Source: Rhodothermales bacterium (GTDB lineage: Bacteria; Bacteroidota; Rhodothermia; Rhodothermales; VXPQ01). From it: 14,748 bases of DNA. Below the pieces are notes generated by a model. The model was not told the DNA's origin and ran no database searches. It worked only from the letters and a program-made list of their open reading frames with translations. Within the stretch, counting starts at the first letter, position 1, and each line of letters starts with the position of its first letter. The stretch lies in assembly GCA_040904565.1 (NCBI GenBank), contig JBBDTI010000011.1:1-14748 (forward strand). The letters are read 5' to 3'. This document shows positions 1 to 6,255 of this stretch, one piece after another. Both the position numbers and the translations under genes were made by a program.

Positions 1-811
1 CGACGACCTCATCCATCCGCCCCCACAACTCCTTGTGCGCGATCTTTAGATGGATGATGTCGACCGAAATCTCCGCCCGGCGCCCCACCTCGATGGCTTC
101 AGCTACGGAGTCGAACACGCCCCTCCCCTCGTCGCGAATGTGCGTGGAATAGATGCCTCCGTGCTCGCGCGCCGTCCGTGCAAGGTCCACCAGCTGATCC
201 GTCGTCACGAGGCTCGCAGGCGGCATGAGCAGCGACGTAGACAGGCCCAGCGCCCCGTCCCTCATCGCGGCGTCGACGAGCTCCTTCATACGCACCACCT
301 CGTCTGGCGAAGCAGGCTGCTGTTCGAATCCCTTCACGTAGGTCCACACCTGGCCTTGACCGACGTACGAACAGATGTTGACGGCGACGCCCTGCTCCTC
401 GACGTGGTCGAAATAACCGCCCAGGGTCGTCCACGGCTTTACTCCTTCCCGAACCGGGCCGGCGGATGGGCCTTCCCCCAGCACCATCGTCGTAACCCCC
501 TGGCGCACCATGCTTTCGCAGAGCGGCTCGACGAGCAGCGACTCGTCCGAATGGTTATGGATGTCGATAAAGCCGGGTGCAACCGTGAGGCCGCCCGCAT
601 CGATGACGCGGTCCGCGCTCGCGCCGCTCAAATCTCCCAGCGCCGCAATGCGGCCGTCCCGCACTCCCACGTCGCCTCGGAAAGGATCCAATCCCGTGCC
701 GTCGACGAGGGTACCTCCCCTGACGAGTATATCGAAATGCTCACCCCGGCAGCCGAAGGCCGTAGAGAGCAGCAAACCGGTCGTCGCCTGCAGAAAGATT
801 CGACGATTCAT
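1..811 (-). CDS. N-acyl-D-amino-acid deacylase (D-aminoacylase)-like amidohydrolase, Tat lipoprotein; 3' end lies beyond the window
   Basis: Not in the ORF track because it has no stop in the window. Manual translation from ATG at 811 gives MNRRIFLQATTGLLLSTAFGC (twin-Arg, lipobox-like Cys), then FDILVRGGTLVDGTG...GDVGVRDGRI...IDAGGLTVAPGFIDIHNHSD...RQGVTTMVLGEG...AMRDGALGLSTSL...GGIYSTHIRDEG...IIHLK. These are typical D-aminoacylase-family motifs. The frame stays open for 270 codons to the window edge. Confidence 0.92.
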   Translation of the reverse strand, partial: MNRRIFLQATTGLLLSTAFGCRGEHFDILVRGGTLVDGTGLDPFRGDVGVRDGRIAALGDLSGASADRVIDAGGLTVAPGFIDIHNHSDESLLVEPLCESMVRQGVTTMVLGEGPSAGPVREGVKPWTTLGGYFDHVEEQGVAVNICSYVGQGQVWTYVKGFEQQPASPDEVVRMKELVDAAMRDGALGLSTSLLMPPASLVTTDQLVDLARTAREHGGIYSTHIRDEGRGVFDSVAEAIEVGRRAEISVDIIHLKIAHKELWGRMDEVV

Positions 812-853
812 GAGCGTGAGGTAGATGAGTGAATCGAACTGGCCTGTTTATCG

Positions 854-1882
854 CTAACTGAGTCGTCGGACTCGGATGCGAAAGGCGTCGGCCGGATTGG
901 CGTGCAGCAGCTGCTCGACGTCCGCCTCTTCGAGTCCGGCCGACCGCAGTGCCGGAACGAGATGCGTCAGCATCGAGGTATACCCGCGAAACGAGCCCCC
1001 TCCTTCCTCTCCGACACTGTACCAGCCCGCATCCTGAGAGAGCAGCACGCGATCGATCACTCCGTGCCGATGCATGTTCACGACTCGTTCGACATCGCGC
1101 TCGACGGATGATTCACTGACCCCGTCGAATTCGACCCAGGCACCACGCCGGGCCGCTTCGACGTGCGCGGACAAATCCTCTTCCGCCTGCGCGTGCACCC
1201 AGATCCACGCGCTCGGGTGGACGCCGAGCTCTTCCAGTAGGTCTATCTGCTCGAATGCCGGCCCGGCCGGACCCGTATGTACTGCGATCGTGAGCCCCGT
1301 GGCCAGGTGGGTTAGGGCACCCGCCTCCACGAGCTTTCCGTCGATCTCCGACAGCGATCCCGCATCGACGCCGATTTTCACGAACCCCGGCCGAATACCC
1401 GTGCCCTCGATGCCGTCCCGCCATTCCGAAATCCAGCGGCCGGCCAGCTCGTCGACCGTGTCCGTGTACGCGTGCTCGGGAACGTGCTCGTCGGACCGGG
1501 CACCGTAGTACCCTGTGTTGGTGAGCATGTGCATCCCGCTGCGTTCCGACAACGCCCGCAGCACGAGCGGGTCCCGCCCGAGGTACGCGGGGGTAGCATC
1601 CACGACGGTTTGTACGCCGAGTTCTTTCACCTCGAGCAGATACGGCAGAACGGTGTCGACGATCTCCGCACGGTCGTAGCGCTGCGTCGCGGCTTCAGCC
1701 ACGGGGGCGAAATGTACCATGGCATGTTCGTGCGCCAGCGTCCAGCCCATCTGATCGGGCGCGAGCGCCCCACGTACGGTCATGATGCGCCCCAGCCTGG
1801 GCACGGGTACGCGCCCGGCACAACCGCTCCACACCGCAGCACCTCCGACCGTCCCAAATGTGAGGAATTGACGTCGGTTCAT
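854..1882 (-). CDS. Phosphotriesterase-family (PTE/PLL, COG1735-like) binuclear metallohydrolase, Tat lipoprotein
   Basis: Motifs IMTVRG, TLAHEH (HxH), VVDATPAYLGRD, TNTGYY, GFVKIG (carboxylatable Lys), AVHTG, WVHAQ, LLSQDAG, NPADAF. N-terminus MNRRQFL...WSGC. An alternative in-frame ATG at 1897 is created by a tandem duplication. Confidence 0.92.
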   Translation of the reverse strand: MNRRQFLTFGTVGGAAVWSGCAGRVPVPRLGRIMTVRGALAPDQMGWTLAHEHAMVHFAPVAEAATQRYDRAEIVDTVLPYLLEVKELGVQTVVDATPAYLGRDPLVLRALSERSGMHMLTNTGYYGARSDEHVPEHAYTDTVDELAGRWISEWRDGIEGTGIRPGFVKIGVDAGSLSEIDGKLVEAGALTHLATGLTIAVHTGPAGPAFEQIDLLEELGVHPSAWIWVHAQAEEDLSAHVEAARRGAWVEFDGVSESSVERDVERVVNMHRHGVIDRVLLSQDAGWYSVGEEGGGSFRGYTSMLTHLVPALRSAGLEEADVEQLLHANPADAFRIRVRRLS

Positions 1883-1903
1883 TACTTTTCGGTTCATTAC
1901 TTT
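1874..1903. repeat. Perfect 15-bp tandem duplication (TCGGTTCATTACTTT x2) spanning the PTE start codon
   Basis: 1874-1888 and 1889-1903 are identical. On the - strand each unit reads AAAGTA-ATG-AAC-CGA. Confidence 0.9.
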
Positions 1904-1944
1904 GCGGACTCGAATTTCCAGAAACTAAGCAGTTCTCGCCCACA

Positions 1945-2826
1945 ATGAGCGATTCGGTCGGATTTATTGGACTCGGAATAATGGGCCGAGGCATGGCCCA
2001 CAATCTACTAAAAAACGGCGTGGACCTGACAGTGTGGAATCGGACACCCGCCAGGATGGAGCCGCTCGCCGAAGCAGGTGCCGGGACGGCCGATTCGCCG
2101 GGCGACCTGGCTTCCCGCTGTGACATCGTCATCACGTGCGTCAGCGATACGCCGGACGTCGTGGAGGTCGTCGAGGACATCCTCGATGAAGCGCGTGAAG
2201 GGAGTCTCGTCATCGACATGAGCACGATCAGTCCGTCCGTCACCCGAGAGCTGAACGAAAAATTGAACGAAAAGGGGATCCACATGTTGGACGCCCCCAT
2301 CAGCGGCGGCAGTGAAGGAGCGGCCGACGGCACGCTCAGCATCATGGTGGGCGGGGCGGCGGACCAGGTAGACCGGGCCATGCCCTACTTCGAAGCCATG
2401 GGAAGCACCATTACGCACGTCGGCGGCAACGGGGCCGGGCAAACCGTCAAGCTCGTGAACCAGGTTCTGGTCGTGATCAACATGCTGGCGGTTTCCGAGG
2501 CGCTTACGTTCGCTGAGGCGGGCGGACTCGACCTCGAAAAAACGCTGCAGGCCGTCTCGGGCGGTGCTGCCGGAAGCTGGATGCTGAGCAACCGAGGGCC
2601 GCAATGCGTCGACCGCGACTGGCGACCGGGTTTTACGATCGATCTGCAGCAAAAGGATCTACGCCTCGTGCTCGACGCCGCGGATGAGCTGGGCGTCCCG
2701 GCGCTCGGAACGAGCACCTGCTTCCACTACTATCGGACGCTGCAGCAGCAAGGGCTCGGAGCCGAAGGGAATCACGCCCTGATAAAGGCGCTCGAGCATT
2801 TATCCGGAATAGAAGTAGGGGGATAA
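1945..2826 (+). CDS. NAD(P)-dependent beta-hydroxyacid dehydrogenase (3-hydroxyisobutyrate dehydrogenase / 2-hydroxy-3-oxopropionate reductase family)
   Basis: GFIGLGIMG Rossmann motif, WNRT, DMSTISP, LDAPISGG, catalytic KLVNQ, F-x5-KDL. 293 aa with no signal peptide. Confidence 0.95.
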   Translation: MSDSVGFIGLGIMGRGMAHNLLKNGVDLTVWNRTPARMEPLAEAGAGTADSPGDLASRCDIVITCVSDTPDVVEVVEDILDEAREGSLVIDMSTISPSVTRELNEKLNEKGIHMLDAPISGGSEGAADGTLSIMVGGAADQVDRAMPYFEAMGSTITHVGGNGAGQTVKLVNQVLVVINMLAVSEALTFAEAGGLDLEKTLQAVSGGAAGSWMLSNRGPQCVDRDWRPGFTIDLQQKDLRLVLDAADELGVPALGTSTCFHYYRTLQQQGLGAEGNHALIKALEHLSGIEVGG

Positions 2827-2844
2827 TCCGCGCCACATCACACG

Positions 2845-2878
2845 TCGGACGGCCCGCAAACGGCCGCCAACCGTCCGA
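2845..2878. terminator. Hairpin between convergent genes (possible terminator or 3' stabiliser)
   Basis: Perfect 8-bp inverted repeat TCGGACGG (2845-2852) / CCGTCCGA (2871-2878). There is no U-tract, so intrinsic termination is uncertain. Confidence 0.35.
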
Positions 2879-2952
2879 GACCAGGTCCCACGGACGCCGG
2901 ATGCCTCGCCGCTGAATGCTTACGTATTCGGTGGATGTTTTGCCGGCGGATG

Positions 2953-3528
2953 CTAGCTGTCGGACGCAAAGACGACATCGAAGTGGATGGTGACATCGTC
3001 CCCCGTGCGCAGCGCGCCGAACATGGCCGTCGGCGGGCGCATCCCGTAGTTCGTCAATTTCAACGGCGAATTTCCCGTATATCGGATCGACCCATCGTCG
3101 AGTCGCTCGGCCTGCACGTCCATCTCGACCTCATTCGTCACGCCCGCGAGAGTGAGTTGTCCCGTCGTGTGCAGGAGGGTCTCGTCGTCCTCGGACGGCA
3201 CGGCCTCGATCATCTCGTACGTGATCACGGGGTGCTCGTCGACCTTCAGGGTCTGGTACATGAGGCGATCCATGATCGTGCTTTTCTGGCTCTTGATCAT
3301 GTCTGCCGTTACGGTAAGCCTTAGCGAACCGGGGACCGTCCCATCCATCTCTCCGGCGACGGCGCTCATCTCCTGCGCGTAGACCGTCCAGTCATCGCGA
3401 TTGGACGTTCCATCTATCCACAATTCACTCTCCTCGGAAAGGGTCATCTCCTGGGCGGCCAGCGGAGGAGCGGTCGCCGCAAGGGCAAGAAGCCAGACGG
3501 CGGCGATTGCGAGTCGTAAGTATGTCAT
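2953..3528 (-). CDS. YceI-family lipid/polyisoprenoid-binding protein, Sec-exported
   Basis: Signal peptide ending PLAA-Q. Motifs SELWIDGTSN..DW, MDRLMYQTLKVDEHPVITY, TGQLTLAGVT, LTNYGMRPP..MFG.L.TGDDVTIHFDV. 191 aa. Confidence 0.9.
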   Translation of the reverse strand: MTYLRLAIAAVWLLALAATAPPLAAQEMTLSEESELWIDGTSNRDDWTVYAQEMSAVAGEMDGTVPGSLRLTVTADMIKSQKSTIMDRLMYQTLKVDEHPVITYEMIEAVPSEDDETLLHTTGQLTLAGVTNEVEMDVQAERLDDGSIRYTGNSPLKLTNYGMRPPTAMFGALRTGDDVTIHFDVVFASDS

Positions 3529-3588
3529 CGGTATCGTGCTATTTATGGAGGGCGTCGAGAACGTCAGTCGACAATATGCGTTAGCAAA

Positions 3589-3597
3589 AGTATATCA
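3589..3597 (-). promoter_or_regulatory. Candidate extended -10 promoter (TG-A-TATACT) for the YceI gene
   Basis: The reverse complement of 3589-3597 is TGATATACT. It lies about 60 nt upstream of ATG 3528 in a locally AT-richer region. Confidence 0.5.
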
Positions 3598-3673
3598 GGT
3601 GTAATCGCAGGCTGTAGGAGAATCAACCAGGGTCGTTACCGGATTCTCTCCTATAGGTGTACAGGTCGTCTCT

Positions 3674-3694
3674 TTATACTATTCTCGTTATACT
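3674..3694 (+). promoter_or_regulatory. Candidate -10 elements (TATACT x2) for the oxidoreductase operon
   Basis: TTATACT at 3674-3680 and 3688-3694. No convincing -35 element. It would imply a leader of about 200 nt. Confidence 0.4.
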
Positions 3695-3905
3695 GTTCAA
3701 CATAGAGTTGGTCCGACACGTCGCGTCCTCGAACGTTACGTGCAGTGCCGATCATCACTCCGAATAAGATAACAATGCCGTACTACTGCTCGAGAGACAG
3801 GATTATTGGCATCCACACCGGCGAACTCGACCGTACTGATTCTAGCGTTTAACGCTCCACGATCGACCGCATCCACACGAGCCCCATTACCAAACTCCAG
3901 GCACC

Positions 3906-5270
3906 ATGAAAAAGTCTGACAAAAAGTCTAAAGCGTTCAAACATGTAGACGGTTCTCGCCGCGACTTCGTAAAGAAGAGTGCACTCGCCGCGACAGCGAT
4001 ACTTACCGGCTATTCTCCTCATCTCGCGGGAGCAGCCGAAAAAGCGGCGGCACCTGCATCCGGCAGCGTGTTAGGTGCAAACGATCGAATCCGCCTCGGG
4101 TTCATCGGCGTCGGTGGACAGGGCTATAACGCCCACGTCGGCTCGATCGCCGACAACGGCGGCGACTTCAACGTCGAGGGCGTGGCCGTATCCGACGTCT
4201 TCAACAAGCGCCGCGACCGCGCCGCGTCGAAGCTCGAGCTGGCCTCCGACAGCGCCTACCCCGATTACCGCGCCGTCCTGGACCGCGACGACATCGATGC
4301 CGTATTCATCGGCACGGTCGACCACTGGCACTCGCGCATCGCAACGGAGGCGATGGATGCCGGCAAGCACGTCTACTGCGAGAAGCCGATGACGCGCTAT
4401 CTGGATGAAGCCTTCCAGATCTACGACAAGACGAAGGAAACGGGACTGAAATTCCAGATCGGATCTCAGTATTGCACGGAAGGCAAGTGGCACAAGGCCG
4501 CCGAAATGATTCAGGCCGGCATGATCGGTCCGCTCGTGCTCGCGCAGGACTCCTACATGCGCAACAATCCGAACGGCGAGTGGAATTACACGATCGACGA
4601 GGACGCGAATCCGCGGAACATCGACTGGCCGACCTGGCTCGGACCGGTTTCAGACCGTCCCTTTAGCGCGGATGAATATCACCGCTGGAGGAAATATTTC
4701 CCGTACTGCGCGGGCATTCTCGGCGACCTCCTCGCCCACCGCATCCATCCGCTCATGCTGGCCACGGGCGCGCCCGAGTTTCCGACACGCGTAGCCTGCC
4801 TCGGTACCCGGAAGATCACGACGGATCGCGACGTAGCCGACAACACGCAGGTTCTCGCGGAATTCCCGAACGGATTGACGATCATGGTTATCGGCAGCAC
4901 CGTCAACGAACAGGGACTCGAGCAGGTCATTCGCGGTCACGAAGGCACGCTTTATTTCGGTGGAAACACCGTCGAGCTGCGTCCCGAGCGGCCGTTTGCG
5001 GATCTGGTCGATGCCGTGTCGCACGACAACGTCCAGCCGGGCGTCAGCGTACCGGCGCACATCAACAACTGGCTTACTGCGATTCGCGAAGACGGTCAAC
5101 CGAGCGGCAACATTGATCTCGCGATCCGTGCACAGACCGTCATCTCGCTCGCTGAAATGTCCGAGCGCCTCGGTGAGATGCTCTATTTCGACGAGAAAAC
5201 GAGGGAGGTCACGACGGGCAGCGGTCGCAAGATCGAGCCGATTACGTACGGAACCCTCGAGCTGTCTTAG
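3906..5270 (+). CDS. Gfo/Idh/MocA family oxidoreductase, Tat-exported (Gfo-1)
   Basis: Tat motif SRRDFVK, then GANDRIRLGFIGVGGQG, DAVFIGTVDHWH, HVYCEKPM, FQIGSQ, W..WLGP, RWRKY..Y..GILGDLLAH. 454 aa. Confidence 0.95.
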   Translation: MKKSDKKSKAFKHVDGSRRDFVKKSALAATAILTGYSPHLAGAAEKAAAPASGSVLGANDRIRLGFIGVGGQGYNAHVGSIADNGGDFNVEGVAVSDVFNKRRDRAASKLELASDSAYPDYRAVLDRDDIDAVFIGTVDHWHSRIATEAMDAGKHVYCEKPMTRYLDEAFQIYDKTKETGLKFQIGSQYCTEGKWHKAAEMIQAGMIGPLVLAQDSYMRNNPNGEWNYTIDEDANPRNIDWPTWLGPVSDRPFSADEYHRWRKYFPYCAGILGDLLAHRIHPLMLATGAPEFPTRVACLGTRKITTDRDVADNTQVLAEFPNGLTIMVIGSTVNEQGLEQVIRGHEGTLYFGGNTVELRPERPFADLVDAVSHDNVQPGVSVPAHINNWLTAIREDGQPSGNIDLAIRAQTVISLAEMSERLGEMLYFDEKTREVTTGSGRKIEPITYGTLELS

Positions 5271-5295
5271 TTCAACCGACTCGACGGTACGTCGG

Positions 5296-6243
5296 ATGGT
5301 TACGGTTCGCCTTGCACGGATGGCGATGGCCTGCCGGTTTGAGCTCGTCCTGCAGGGCGAACACGAGCCGTGGCTTCGCGCCGCCGGCGAGGAGGCGTTG
5401 CGGGAGATCGAGAGGCTGGAACAGATGCTCTCGATCTTCCGCCCCGGTTCCGACGTCTCGCGGATCAACGCGCGTGCGGCGCGCGAACCCGTTCGTGTTA
5501 ACCCCACCGTATTCAAATGGCTGGAAGAGGCCCAGCGCCTGCACCGGCAGACCGGCGGTGCCTTCGATTTGACGATCGCGCCGTTGATGCAGGCGTGGGG
5601 CTTCTACGAAGACGGGGGATGTCTGCCGGATGCGGCCGAGCTGGCAGCGGCACGGCGTTGTACGGGAATGAATCTCGTTGAACTGGATACGGCAAACCGA
5701 ACCGTGGCCTTTCAGCGTGAAGGGATGCGGCTGGATTTCGGCGCGATCGGGAAGGGACTGGCTGTTGACGAAGCCATTTCTATACTGCGCGAGGCCGGAG
5801 TCGAACGCGCCTTTCTGCATGGGGGCACGAGCACGATGTACGGTCTCGGTCGTCCGTTCGACGAACCCGGCTGGAAGGTCGTCGTACCATACCCCGACCG
5901 ACCGGCCGAGCCGGTAGGCGTCGTAACACTCGTTGACGAGTCGCTTTCCGTCTCGGCCGTTTGGGGCAAGTCGTTCGAGGCAGAGGGTCGGACGCTGGGC
6001 CACGTCCTCGATCCCGTGAAGGGGCGACCGGTTCAAGGTGCCGTTCTGGCTGCCGTGGTAGACCCCTCAGGCACAGTGGCAGACGCCGTATCGACGGCGC
6101 TGCTCGTTCGCGGTAGCCCGTTCGAGAACTCAGCCATCCGTTCTCTCGTCATAGTTGTCGACGATGAATCCGACACGTATTCCATACTCGATGCCGGGCT
6201 ATCCGCAGATGATCACGCGGTTACCCGTTCGGCCCATTCCTAA
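5296..6243 (+). CDS. apbE: FAD:protein FMN transferase (ApbE family) without a signal peptide
   Basis: AMACRF, LSIFRPGSDVSRIN, TGGAFDLTIAPLMQAWGF, LDFGAIGKG.AVD, SLSVSA, GHVLDPVKG.P, ADAVSTAL. Start re-called to ATG 5296, 25 nt after the Gfo-1 stop (315 aa). The ORF-track start at 4960 lies inside Gfo-1. Confidence 0.92.
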   Translation: MVTVRLARMAMACRFELVLQGEHEPWLRAAGEEALREIERLEQMLSIFRPGSDVSRINARAAREPVRVNPTVFKWLEEAQRLHRQTGGAFDLTIAPLMQAWGFYEDGGCLPDAAELAAARRCTGMNLVELDTANRTVAFQREGMRLDFGAIGKGLAVDEAISILREAGVERAFLHGGTSTMYGLGRPFDEPGWKVVVPYPDRPAEPVGVVTLVDESLSVSAVWGKSFEAEGRTLGHVLDPVKGRPVQGAVLAAVVDPSGTVADAVSTALLVRGSPFENSAIRSLVIVVDDESDTYSILDAGLSADDHAVTRSAHS

Positions 6244-6255
6244 TCCCAAGGCATT

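Noticed and set aside
618-638. GDLSGAS in the D-aminoacylase as an ApbE motif
   Set aside because: The Asp spacing is wrong, and this is an ordinary loop of the amidohydrolase N-terminal beta-domain.
50-832. 260-aa + strand ORF
   Set aside because: Antisense shadow of the D-aminoacylase-like gene. Arg/His-rich with no recognisable motifs.
4960-5295. 112-codon N-terminal extension of ApbE overlapping Gfo-1 (possible frameshift fusion)
   Set aside because: Low-complexity Ser/Arg-rich alternative-frame translation. Gfo-1 ends normally and I saw no slippery site. Long open alternative frames are common at this GC content.
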